A stretch of 61,831 bases of DNA from Candidatus Omnitrophota bacterium (GTDB lineage Bacteria > Omnitrophota > Gorgyraeia > Duberdicusellales > 4484-171). The translations under genes and the position numbers were made by a program. Location: the NCBI GenBank assembly GCA_018826075.1, contig JAHKAJ010000012.1, forward strand, positions 1-61,831. Reading direction: 5' to 3'. The notes beneath the pieces were generated by a model. It had not been told where the DNA came from, ran no database searches, and was given only the letters and a program-made list of their open reading frames with translations. Positions 20,609 to 29,295 of the stretch are shown piece after piece; position 1 is the stretch's first letter; each line of letters starts with the position of its first letter.

Positions 20609-21943
20609 CTATAAACCCTTAATTTCTTGTGTAAGGGTGTTAATAACCAACCGTAGCTTTTCATCCCCCCTTAGGTCCTGTTTGATTTTTTTGTAAGCGT
20701 AAAGAACGGTAGTGTGGTGCTTAGCCCCAAAAACCCCTCCAATCTCCGGTAGAGATAATTCAGTCAACTCTCTAATAAGATACATAGCTATTTGACGGGG
20801 CAAAACAATAGTTTTACTGCGTTTGCTTTTTTTTAAATCTTCAACCGAAGTATTGTAAAAATCACCGACAACTTCAATAATGCTTTCAGGGGTTATTCTT
20901 CTGTAAATTTCCTTAACCATATCTCTTAAAATCTCTTTAGCTAAACCCAGATCAATCGGCTTATCTTCAATTAGAGAGTAAGCAATAATCCTAACTAAAG
21001 CGCCTTCTAATTCCCTTATGTTTGTCGAGACATTTTGGGCGATGAAGTGAATTACATCACGGTCTATTTTTATCGGATCTTTTTCTAGTTTTTTTTCCAA
21101 AATAGCAACCCGGGTTTCAAAATCCGGAGGCTTAATATCAACCACCAAACCCCAATTAAACCGGGAAACCAACCGTTCCTCCAACCTAGGGATTTCTTTG
21201 GGCGGCTTGTCTGAAGAAACAACAATTTGTTTGTGGTAGTCGTACAAAACATTAAAAGTGTGGAAAAATTCCTCCTGGGCAGCTTCCTTGCCGGCTAAAA
21301 ACTGGATGTCATCAATCAAGAGAATATCGATTTCCCGGTATTTATGACGGAATTTTTCAGTGGCCCGGTTGCGGATAGAAAAAATGAGTTCGTTGGTAAA
21401 TTTTTCCGAGGAGGTGTATTTCACTTTTCGCCCCTGCTTGGCGGAAAGGACATGTTGGGCAATAGCCTGCATCATGTGGGTTTTACCCAACCCTACTCCG
21501 CCATAAATAAAAAGCGGATTGTACGATTTACCGGGAGCATTGGCTACGGCCAAGGAAGCCGCATGGGCCATGCGGTTTGAAGAACCGATAACAAAACTAT
21601 CAAAAGAAAAACGGGGGTTGAGGCGTAGGGAGTCCTGGGGTTCCTCGTGGAAATTTTTTTGGATAGTTTTAAAGATCAAATTAGTCTTGTGCTGTAGAAG
21701 GTTGGGATTGACTTCAAAACTGATGTCAAAAGTTTTTTGGCTTACATCATTGAGAGCCTGTTGGATTTGCGGTAAATAGTTTGTTTCAATCCAGTTTTTA
21801 AAAAAAGCGTCAGGAGCTTCCAAAGTCACCGCCGATTGGGTAATTTTTTTTACCCCTAAAGGAGAAATCCAAGTATCAAAAGAGGTTTCTCCCAAGACTT
21901 CTTTCAGGCGCGCTTTGCAATCTTTCCAGAGTTGCTCACTCAT
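20609..21943 (-). CDS. dnaA: Chromosomal replication initiator
   Basis: YNPLFIYGGVGLGKTH, LLIDDIQF, RELEGAL, domain IV RQIAMYL...HHTTVLYA. Confidence 0.98.
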   Translation of the reverse strand: MSEQLWKDCKARLKEVLGETSFDTWISPLGVKKITQSAVTLEAPDAFFKNWIETNYLPQIQQALNDVSQKTFDISFEVNPNLLQHKTNLIFKTIQKNFHEEPQDSLRLNPRFSFDSFVIGSSNRMAHAASLAVANAPGKSYNPLFIYGGVGLGKTHMMQAIAQHVLSAKQGRKVKYTSSEKFTNELIFSIRNRATEKFRHKYREIDILLIDDIQFLAGKEAAQEEFFHTFNVLYDYHKQIVVSSDKPPKEIPRLEERLVSRFNWGLVVDIKPPDFETRVAILEKKLEKDPIKIDRDVIHFIAQNVSTNIRELEGALVRIIAYSLIEDKPIDLGLAKEILRDMVKEIYRRITPESIIEVVGDFYNTSVEDLKKSKRSKTIVLPRQIAMYLIRELTELSLPEIGGVFGAKHHTTVLYAYKKIKQDLRGDEKLRLVINTLTQEIKGL

Positions 21944-21979
21944 TCAAAAGTTCCTGCCTTTGTTTAGGTTAGGATAGGT

Positions 21980-22008
21980 TATTCCACAAAATCCACAACT
22001 TATCCACA
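21980..22008. promoter_or_regulatory. Three tandem DnaA boxes in the dnaA leader
   Basis: TATTCCACA (21980), AAATCCACA (21989), perfect TTATCCACA (22000). Confidence 0.8.
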
Positions 22009-22031
22009 TTAGTGGTTTGGAAGCGAAAATA

Positions 22032-22059
22032 ATTATACCTTAATGCGGCAGCTTTGCAA
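22032..22059 (-). promoter_or_regulatory. dnaA promoter
   Basis: TTGCAA-16 bp-TATAAT on the minus strand. Confidence 0.6.
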
Positions 22060-22070
22060 GATTTTTGTGG

Positions 22071-22098
22071 TTGACACAAAAAAGATATATGCTAAAAT
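22071..22098 (+). promoter_or_regulatory. rpmH promoter
   Basis: TTGACA-16 bp-TAAAAT with extended TG. Confidence 0.7.
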
Positions 22099-22128
22099 CT
22101 CATCTTAAACCTTAGGAGGTTTACGGCA

Positions 22129-22266
22129 GTGAAGAAAAATTTTAAAACTCCGACAAAACTTAAAGGTAAACGGAAACATGGGTTTCGAGCCAGGATGGCT
22201 AGCGCTTGCGGCAGGCAGGTATTAAAACGGCGCCGGGCAAAAGGCAGGAAGAAATTGACGAAATGA
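22129..22266 (+). CDS. rpmH: 50S ribosomal protein L34 (missed by the ORF track)
   Basis: GTG start after AGGAGG; [45 protein letters not shown]. Confidence 0.95.
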   Translation: MKKNFKTPTKLKGKRKHGFRARMASACGRQVLKRRRAKGRKKLTK

Positions 22267-22469
22267 GATGTTTTATTCTCAAGGCGATCGCCTTTTATCG
22301 AAAAATCTCTTTCTTCTTGCCCCACAAGTGTTTATATAACCCAACTTGTTCTGATTATGCCCAGGAAGCCTTTTCGCGCTACCCTTTTTTTAAAGCTTTT
22401 TACGTTGCTGTTTGGCGGATTTTGCGTTGCCATCCCTTGGCCAAGGGTGGTTGGGATCCAGTGAAGTAA
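22263..22469 (+). CDS. yidD: Membrane protein insertion efficiency factor
   Basis: [30 protein letters not shown] overlaps the rpmH stop. Confidence 0.93.
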   Translation: MRCFILKAIAFYRKISFFLPHKCLYNPTCSDYAQEAFSRYPFFKAFYVAVWRILRCHPLAKGGWDPVK

Positions 22470-22472
22470 GTT

Positions 22473-23921
22473 ATGGAAAAACGACTTTTGGTAGCTTTTT
22501 CTCTGACCTTAATTTTTCTTTTAGTCTGGGGCAGGTTTATCGCTCCGCCTCCGGTTAAAGTGCCTGAAACTGCCAACCAGCCGGTCGGCCTTGAAACCCA
22601 GGCATCCGGTGTTCCAGCAAAAGAACCAGTTCAAACAAAGTTTGTCGACCAAAACTCGGCCAAAGACTTGCCCGAATTACAAATAGGAAATTTTATTGTA
22701 AAATATTCTCCAGCAGGAGGTTACCTAAGTAAAATTTATATAGGAAATCTTGATAACCCTTTGCCGTTCGAGAACATCGGGTTTATCGCTGAAGACCAGG
22801 AAAAAAAATTTACGGTTGTCCTCGGCTCGGACAGAATTGCCTTTAACGGCCCGCAAGGCTCAGGCAAAGAGTTTATTTTTAACGGGTATGATTTAGAAAT
22901 TAAAATATCCTCCACCCCGGCTCAAATGCTTTTGTTTTCTAACTATTGGCACCCCAATATGTTAGATCAAAGGTATCAGGAAATATTTTATAGCCAGGGC
23001 CAGGGGATCAAGCGCAGCAACCCTAAAAAAGTAAAATCCGGCCAATACAACAATCTTTTGTTTGCCGGGGGGCGTGATCGTTACTACTGTTTTTCCTTAT
23101 TTAAAGACTCTTACGATGTGAATTGGGTAGGCGACAAAAACCAGGAACAATTGTATTTGGTGGCTCCGGCAGCCACAACTAAAGTTTACATCGGGCCTCA
23201 AACTCGTAAGCTTTTGGCAGAGAGAGATTTAGAAGGTATTATCTATTTCGGGTTTTTCCATGGGATTGGCGCCCTGATGATCAAACTCCTCCACTTCTTT
23301 TATGCTATTGCGAAAAACTGGGGTTTGAGTATTATCTTTTTTGCAATCTTTATCTACTTTTGTTTGTTTCCGTTCACTATGAAGAGTACCAAGGCAATGC
23401 GGCGGATGCAAGAGATCCAGCCGGAGCTGGAGGCTTTGAAAGCGAAATATAAGGATAACCCTCAGAAGTTTAGCAAGGAACAGCTGGAATTATTTAAAAA
23501 ATACCGGATTAATCCTTTAGGGGGATGTTTGCCTCTATTTCTACAACTCCCGATTTTTATTGCCCTCTACCAGGTTTTGTTTAGGTTTGTTGAGTTGAAA
23601 GGAGCTTCTTTTTTGTGGATTAAGGATTTGTCTTTGCCTGACCGGGCTATTCCCCTGCCATTTAAGATACCGCTGCTTGGCGAGTATATTAATATTTTAC
23701 CCATTTTAATTATGATTGTGGGGTTGATCCAGCAAAAGGTAACTACTGCCAAGACGACTTCTTCTGAGCAAAAATCAATGGGGTTATTTTTCTCGGTATT
23801 TTTGGGGGTTATCTTTTACAATTTTCCAGCAGCCCTGGTCCTCTATTGGTTTGTACAAAATTTACTCACCCTGGTTTATCAGCTCAGGATTTCTAAAACA
23901 CACTCCCTCCAAGTTGCCTGA
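22473..23921 (+). CDS. yidC: Membrane protein insertase
   Basis: MEKRLLVA N-anchor, NWGLSII, INPLGGCLPLFLQLPIF, FLWIKDLSLPD, LYWFVQN. Confidence 0.96.
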   Translation: MEKRLLVAFSLTLIFLLVWGRFIAPPPVKVPETANQPVGLETQASGVPAKEPVQTKFVDQNSAKDLPELQIGNFIVKYSPAGGYLSKIYIGNLDNPLPFENIGFIAEDQEKKFTVVLGSDRIAFNGPQGSGKEFIFNGYDLEIKISSTPAQMLLFSNYWHPNMLDQRYQEIFYSQGQGIKRSNPKKVKSGQYNNLLFAGGRDRYYCFSLFKDSYDVNWVGDKNQEQLYLVAPAATTKVYIGPQTRKLLAERDLEGIIYFGFFHGIGALMIKLLHFFYAIAKNWGLSIIFFAIFIYFCLFPFTMKSTKAMRRMQEIQPELEALKAKYKDNPQKFSKEQLELFKKYRINPLGGCLPLFLQLPIFIALYQVLFRFVELKGASFLWIKDLSLPDRAIPLPFKIPLLGEYINILPILIMIVGLIQQKVTTAKTTSSEQKSMGLFFSVFLGVIFYNFPAALVLYWFVQNLLTLVYQLRISKTHSLQVA

Positions 23922-23930
23922 TACCAGCCG

Positions 23931-23946
23931 GTTTTCACGTGAAAAC
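23931..23946. other. parS site 1
   Basis: Perfect palindrome GTTTTCACGTGAAAAC, close to the TGTTTCACGTGAAACA consensus. Confidence 0.85.
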
Positions 23947-23987
23947 TTGACCTGGGACATTAAGCGAAAGAAACTTTCATAAAAGGC

Positions 23988-24016
23988 TTGACAGTATTAC
24001 TTCCGGTAATTAGAAT
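23988..24016 (+). promoter_or_regulatory. parAB promoter
   Basis: TTGACA-17 bp-TAGAAT. Confidence 0.7.
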
Positions 24017-24075
24017 GATAGTATTATTAAGATTTTATTTTCGAACTTATTATCAGAGATAGGGTTATCTCTGGC

Positions 24076-24091
24076 GTTTCCACGTGAAAAC
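24076..24091. other. parS site 2
   Basis: GTTTCCACGTGAAAAC, 2 bp before the parA ATG. Confidence 0.8.
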
Positions 24092-24093
24092 CT

Positions 24094-24885
24094 ATGGGTA
24101 AAATAATCGGTATTTGTAATCAGAAGGGCGGCACCGCGAAAACTACCACCGCTATCAATCTTAGCGCCTATTTTGGACAAGCAGGAAAAAAAACCCTTTT
24201 GATCGATATGGATCCCCAGGGAAATGCAACTTCGGGAGTCGGGGTCGATAGCAATGGGAAAAACTCGATTTATGACTTGCTTTCCGGGAAGGTTACTATA
24301 GAACAAAGCATTTATCCAACCGAATACCCCAATCTAGACATTATTCCCGCAGATATTTCCCTTACCGGCGGAGAAGTGGAGTTAGTCAATATTTCCGGTC
24401 GAGAACTGCTTTTGCGAGAAGTTCTGGGGGTAATCAAAGACTCTTTTTCTTTTATTATAGTTGACGCACCGCCATCATTAGGGTTACTGACTGTAAATGT
24501 TTTAACTGCTGCTGATAGCATCATTATCCCTATACAATGCGAATACTACGCTTTAGAGGGCGTCTCCAAGCTGATCAACACTGTTGAACTAATACAAAAC
24601 CGATTAAATCCCAATTTAGAAATCGAAGGCATACTATTGACCATGGCCGATTTTCGAACCAAGCTTACTTTGCAAGTGATAGAGGAGGTCAGAAGGTATT
24701 TTCAACAAAAAGTCTTTAATGTTATCGTGCCGCGCAATGTAAAGCTTGCCGAGGCTCCCAGCTTTGGTAAGCCAATATCAGTTTATGACCCGGCCTGTGT
24801 AGGCTCAAAGTCATATCTTAAAGTAAGCCAAGAGGTTATGAAAAATAATTTTCCAATGGAAAGTTTGGTAAAAGAGAGGAGTTGA
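24094..24885 (+). CDS. parA: ParA/Soj ATPase
   Basis: NQKGGTAKTTT, DMDPQGNATSG, DAPPSLG, LAEAPSFG. Confidence 0.96.
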   Translation: MGKIIGICNQKGGTAKTTTAINLSAYFGQAGKKTLLIDMDPQGNATSGVGVDSNGKNSIYDLLSGKVTIEQSIYPTEYPNLDIIPADISLTGGEVELVNISGRELLLREVLGVIKDSFSFIIVDAPPSLGLLTVNVLTAADSIIIPIQCEYYALEGVSKLINTVELIQNRLNPNLEIEGILLTMADFRTKLTLQVIEEVRRYFQQKVFNVIVPRNVKLAEAPSFGKPISVYDPACVGSKSYLKVSQEVMKNNFPMESLVKERS

Positions 24886-24888
24886 TAA

Positions 24889-25716
24889 ATGGAAAGACGT
24901 GTTTTAGGTAAAGGATTGGATGCTCTTATTCCCAAGACGACTAGCCATATTATGAGTCGCGAATTTACTTATTTACCGCTGGGTAAAGTCAAGCCATCCT
25001 TATCCCAGCCGCGGCAAAAAATCGCTGGAGTGGAACTTGAGGAACTCAGCCAGTCAATAAAAGAAAAAGGTTTTATTCAGCCGATCGTAGTTAGAAAAGT
25101 GGGGGCCGACAGCTATGAAGTAGTGGCTGGAGAAAGACGGTATCAGGCTGCTAACTCATTGGGGCTCAAGGAGATACCAGCTATTATCCGAGAGATAAGT
25201 GATAAGGAAGCCTTTGTTTTAGCAATCGTGGAAAATTTACAGCGTAAAGATTTAAACCCTTTGGAAGAAGCCTCGGCCTTTAGAAAATTGGTAGAGGAGT
25301 TTGATTTTTCATTAGAGGATGTGGCCAAGTTTGTCAGTAAGGATAAAACCACCGTGGTGAATACTTTACGCTTGTTAAAGTTGCCGCCGAAAATTAAAAA
25401 AGCCGTGGAAGAAGGATTACTTAGCCGGACTCAAGCCCGGGCGATTTTAGGGATGGAGGACTCAAAAAAACAGGAGTTGCTTTTTGAGCAGATTCTTCGC
25501 GAAGGGCTTTCAGTGCGGGAAATCGAAAAAAAAGCCCGAGTTTCTTCGCGCCGCAGGCAGGCTCGCGACCCCTTTGTTTTGGAAGTGGAGGAGCGTTTAC
25601 AAAAAGCGCTTGGTACCAAGATAAAGATATTTAACCGGCGCAATAATCGCGGTAAGATAGTTATTGAGTATTATACTTTAAAGGATTTAGAGCGGATTAT
25701 CAAAAAAATTCGCTGA
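24889..25716 (+). CDS. parB: ParB/Spo0J
   Basis: LGKGLDALI, QPRQ, VAGERRYQA, ENLQRKDLNPLEEA. Confidence 0.96.
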   Translation: MERRVLGKGLDALIPKTTSHIMSREFTYLPLGKVKPSLSQPRQKIAGVELEELSQSIKEKGFIQPIVVRKVGADSYEVVAGERRYQAANSLGLKEIPAIIREISDKEAFVLAIVENLQRKDLNPLEEASAFRKLVEEFDFSLEDVAKFVSKDKTTVVNTLRLLKLPPKIKKAVEEGLLSRTQARAILGMEDSKKQELLFEQILREGLSVREIEKKARVSSRRRQARDPFVLEVEERLQKALGTKIKIFNRRNNRGKIVIEYYTLKDLERIIKKIR

Positions 25717-25736
25717 TTTTAGGAGGTGGATACAAA

Positions 25737-26243
25737 GTGGCAAACGAATCGACTTTAGTAATAATCAAACCCGATGGATTAAAAAAATCTCTCACCGGAA
25801 ATATCTTGAGCCGGCTTTCCGAAACCAAGCTGAAAATCATCGGTGCAAAAGTTCTCTGTGTTGATCGAGAGCTAGCCGACAAACACTACCAGCATTTAAA
25901 AAATGAGCCGTTTTATCCGGAACTGGCTAAATATATCACCGGCGAACTCCACGGAGACAACCGGGTTATGGCTTTGGTCTATTGGGGAGAGAAAGCTATT
26001 CTCAAGGTCAGGGCTATTGCCGGTGAGACTAACCCGGAGAAGGCTGACCCGGTCAGCGTACGCGGCGCCTATGGCCGGATTTTAACCAGCGGATTATTTG
26101 AAAATGTGATCCACGCTTCCAGCAGCCCGGAGGAGGCTGAACGGGAAATAAGATTATGGTTTAAACCCGAAGAGATAGTACAAGAGCTTTACCCTACCCA
26201 AGAGGAAGCCGTTACCGGCCTAAAAAGGAGAGTTTGGAAATGA
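25737..26243 (+). CDS. ndk: Nucleoside diphosphate kinase
   Basis: TLVIIKPDG, SVRGAYG, NVIHASSS; GTG start after AGGAGG. Confidence 0.95.
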   Translation: MANESTLVIIKPDGLKKSLTGNILSRLSETKLKIIGAKVLCVDRELADKHYQHLKNEPFYPELAKYITGELHGDNRVMALVYWGEKAILKVRAIAGETNPEKADPVSVRGAYGRILTSGLFENVIHASSSPEEAEREIRLWFKPEEIVQELYPTQEEAVTGLKRRVWK

Positions 26244-27022
26244 AATCAATGACTGCCTATGCTGCTTGCCACAAGCGGAAAGAATCACAAACTGTTCAGA
26301 TCGTCCTGCGTTCGATGAATTTCAAATATTTGGATATATCGGTCCGCAATCTTCCGGCTGAAGATATTTTGTTGGAAGAGGAGATCAAGCGGGAAGTCAA
26401 AAAGAGTATTTTTCGGGGCAAGCTGGAAGTTTTTATTTTTTTGACCGGCGCGCAGTCAAGAAAAGTCAGTATCAATGAAAAAGTAGTCTTAAAATACCTT
26501 TCCCAAATAAAAAGTCTTGCCAGGAAACACGCGGTTCGGGCCGAGGTCAATATTACTGATTTGGTGAGTTTGCCGCAGGCAGTATATTGGGAACAAAGGA
26601 TCTCCAGTGACCGCAGTTTGATCATGCCGGCGGTAAAAGAAACTTTAAGGAAGTTGTTGGAGTTTAAAGAAAAAGAAGGGCGGATAATCAGAAAAGAAAT
26701 GCTGGAGAACCTAAAAAAACTGGCGGCGAACATGGCCCAGGCAAAGAAACACAAACCGCTTATCAGCGCCATGGAAAACGGCAAAGAAGATATCGACGAA
26801 GAAATATCTTTAAGTGCTTTTTACCTTTCTAAACTAAAAGGTAAAATTAATTCTAAAAACCAAGCCCCCAAGGGTAAAGCAATCGATTTTTTAACCCAGG
26901 AAATTCTTCGTGAACTCAACGCCGCTTCTAGTAAGACCAAAAAGAAAATTCCGGCTTTGATGATCGTTGAGGCGAAAAATTATCTTGAACGAGTACGCGA
27001 ACAGGCGCAAAATATAGAGTAA
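26240..27022 (+). CDS. yicC: YicC/YloC family endoribonuclease (short form)
   Basis: MKSMTAY, RSMNFKYLDI, RGKLEV, DIDEEI, DFLTQEILRELN, LERVREQAQNIE. Confidence 0.88.
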   Translation: MKSMTAYAACHKRKESQTVQIVLRSMNFKYLDISVRNLPAEDILLEEEIKREVKKSIFRGKLEVFIFLTGAQSRKVSINEKVVLKYLSQIKSLARKHAVRAEVNITDLVSLPQAVYWEQRISSDRSLIMPAVKETLRKLLEFKEKEGRIIRKEMLENLKKLAANMAQAKKHKPLISAMENGKEDIDEEISLSAFYLSKLKGKINSKNQAPKGKAIDFLTQEILRELNAASSKTKKKIPALMIVEAKNYLERVREQAQNIE

Positions 27023-27051
27023 GGGTTTTAGGAGTTTTAACAGGGGAGGCG

Positions 27052-27630
27052 ATGAAAAGAAAAAATCCGACAATTTTTGTTATTTCCGGCCCCGGCGGCG
27101 CCGGCAAGACTACCCTTTTGGAACAGCTGTTTAAAAAGCGGCAGATGCGGGATATTTTTATCCGGGGGGTGGCGGTAACTACACGGAAAAAACGGCCTCA
27201 GGAAAATAATGCTAAAGATTATTTTTTTGTAAATAAAAAAGATTTCCTGCGTTTAAAAAAAGAAGGTTTTTTTCTGGAAAGCCAGAAAATTTTAAACGAC
27301 TATTACGGAACCCCGAAAATTTTTTACGCTTTGGCTAAAACCCAAAACAAAGATTTGATTTTGTGTGTCGATGTCAAGGGCGGATTATATTTGAAAAAGA
27401 AACATAAAGCTGGTAAAATAATTACCGTTTTTATCGCCGCCCCAACCCAGAGAGAACTTTATCTCAGGATGAAGAAGCGGGCTGAAAACAAAAAAGTTAT
27501 GAATCAACGAGTAGCCTTGGCTAAAAAAGAACTACGCTGCGCCAAGCAGTACGATTATCTAGTAACTAATGAAAATGTGGCCAGGGCTTTGAAGCGACTG
27601 GAGGAGATTTTACTCAGCGGTAGGCGGTAA
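27052..27630 (+). CDS. gmk: Guanylate kinase
   Basis: ISGPGGAGKTT, TTRKKRP, DYFFV, YYGTP. Confidence 0.94.
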   Translation: MKRKNPTIFVISGPGGAGKTTLLEQLFKKRQMRDIFIRGVAVTTRKKRPQENNAKDYFFVNKKDFLRLKKEGFFLESQKILNDYYGTPKIFYALAKTQNKDLILCVDVKGGLYLKKKHKAGKIITVFIAAPTQRELYLRMKKRAENKKVMNQRVALAKKELRCAKQYDYLVTNENVARALKRLEEILLSGRR

Positions 27631-27673
27631 ACTCCCTTAAAGTAAAAAAGCCGGGTAAAAGGAGGCTTAAGCG

Positions 27674-27868
27674 GTGGATAGAATGAACATTCCTTTAGAG
27701 AATCTTTTAAAAGCAACCAATGGATCAATTTTTCAAGTAACTATTTTGGCCGCTAAACGGGCGATGATTTTAGCTGATGGCGAGAAGCCGCTGATAGCCA
27801 AACCAGGCGAAAAAGTACTGGACAATGCGCTTAGGGAAATTGAAGAAGGAAAGATCAAGTCAAAATAG
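27674..27868 (+). CDS. rpoZ: RNA polymerase omega subunit
   Basis: SIFQVTILAAKRA...ALREIEEGKI; gmk-rpoZ synteny. Confidence 0.88.
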   Translation: MDRMNIPLENLLKATNGSIFQVTILAAKRAMILADGEKPLIAKPGEKVLDNALREIEEGKIKSK

Positions 27869-27892
27869 AAATACCGGCTTTTTGAATTTGCC

Positions 27893-27964
27893 GGCGTGGT
27901 AGCCAAGTGGTAAGGCAGCGGTCTGCAAAACCGCTATGCGCCGGTTCAAATCCGGCCCACGCCT
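27893..27964 (+). tRNA. tRNA-Cys(GCA)
   Basis: GGCGTGG acceptor stem, GCGGT-CT GCA AA-ACCGC anticodon arm, T-arm. Confidence 0.95.
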
Positions 27965-27993
27965 GGTTTATTGCGCTTAAGCGCAATAAACCA
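27964..27993. repeat. 30-bp perfect palindrome abutting the tRNA-Cys 3' end
   Basis: TGGTTTATTGCGCTT|AAGCGCAATAAACCA, followed by a second hairpin TCTCG-AGCGAAG-CGAGA. Confidence 0.9.
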
Positions 27994-28026
27994 TCTCGAG
28001 CGAAGCGAGAGATCTAAAAATAATTA

Positions 28027-28821
28027 ATGCCTCAGAAGCGGAAACAGTTCAACATCAAAGGACCGAAGCTTTGGTATTTAGTAGGTTTAATTGTTAGCGA
28101 CGGCAATTTATCTCCGGACGGGAGGCATGTAGATATAACGTCAAGTGATTACGAATTTTTACAGGAAATTAAAAATTCAACAGAAATCAAAAGCAAAATT
28201 GGCTTTAAGTATGGTAGCAACAAAAAGCAGAAAGCTTTCCGTATTCAGATTGCCAATAGTAATTTTTACGACTTTCTTATATCCATAGGGCTTACTAGAA
28301 AAAAATCTTTAACTATAGGAGCGATAAATGTTCCGGAAGAATTTTTCGTTGATTTTTTAAGAGGGCTAATCGATGGAGATGGCTCTATCCGCAGTTGGGA
28401 ACATCCAGCTAATTTTCGTGAACAATGGTCATTGCGTATTTCTTCCGGTTCGGGTAAATTTCTATACTGGCTTAGTGAAAAAATAACCCATTGTTTAGGA
28501 GCGTGCGGGAGGATTCATAAAGATAATAAGTCAGAACATAATTATGTGTTAAAATTTGGGAAGATAGCAGCGCAAAATATCCTCAAGCAGTGTTATTACA
28601 AAAATAGTTTGGGTTTACAGAGAAAAAACAGATTAGCGCAGCGGTGCATTCGTTCTAATACAAGTTGGCAGAAAAGTAAAACAGTATTAGCAGAAGTTAA
28701 TCAACGCCGGGGTGTCGAAATTGGCAAACGATCTGGACTTAAAATCCAGCGCTCCGTGAGGAGCTTGCGGGTTCAAGTCCCGCCCCCGGCATGTTTTCGG
28801 GCGATTAGCTCAGTTGGCTAG
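28027..28821 (+). mobile_element. Free-standing two-motif LAGLIDADG homing-endonuclease-like ORF
   Basis: WYLVGLIVSDGNL and DFLRGLIDGDGSI motifs. No flanking extein or interrupted gene. Confidence 0.85.
28706..28791 (+). tRNA. tRNA-Leu(TAA)
   Basis: GCCGGGG acceptor stem, CTGGA-CT TAA AA-TCCAG anticodon arm, long variable arm, GGTTCAAGTCC. Confidence 0.95.
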
Positions 28822-28872
28822 AGTGTTTCCTTGACATGGAAAAGGTCACAGGTTCAAGTCCTGTATCGCCCA
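28799..28872 (+). tRNA. tRNA-Val(GAC)
   Basis: GGGCGAT acceptor stem, TTTCC-TT GAC AT-GGAAA anticodon arm. Confidence 0.95.
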
Positions 28873-28970
28873 TTCTTCTTCGCCCTTTAACAGGCAAAAG
28901 ACAGTAGGGCTTCGAAGAAATTGATTAATTCTGCGAAGCTCTATAGTTAACATGCCGAAGAGCGAAGCAG
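28873..28970. repeat. Degenerate CTTCG/CGAAG hairpin element after tRNA-Val
   Basis: CTTCGCCC (28878)...GGGCTTCG (28907), the same arms as 142-166, followed by several CGAAG copies. Confidence 0.5.
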
Positions 28971-29072
28971 ATTCGCCCATGGTTTCATTTGTTGATTTAT
29001 CTTTGACAAAGAAAAGGTTTTAGTATAAAGTAGTAACCGAAAACTTGATAATGAGTTAAAAGGAGGTGGAGG

Positions 29073-29267
29073 ATGAAGGCATTGAGTTATATTTTATTAG
29101 TTGTTGCATTTGGGCTTTGTTCCTATGCAGTAATCGGAAGATTTGTCGGCTCGGGCACTTTAGGTTTTCTTAAGCTTTTGCCTACCATGAGGGCAACAGC
29201 AGTAATTACGGCAGCCAATACAATATTGTTGATCTCAATAGTTTTGATGCTTCAAGATAAAAAATAA
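29073..29267 (+). CDS. Small 2-TM hypothetical protein
   Basis: Strong AAGGAGG SD, two hydrophobic segments, basic tail. Confidence 0.75.
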   Translation: MKALSYILLVVAFGLCSYAVIGRFVGSGTLGFLKLLPTMRATAVITAANTILLISIVLMLQDKK

Positions 29268-29295
29268 ATTTTACTTACAAGCCAGATATTTTTTC

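Noticed and set aside
27893-28791. Group I intron or intein carrying the LAGLIDADG ORF
   Set aside because: Both flanking tRNAs are complete and uninterrupted, and there are no splice-junction motifs or exteins.
28971-28980. ATTCGCCCAT resembling the tRNA-Val 3' end (possible att remnant)
   Set aside because: Too short and imperfect to support.
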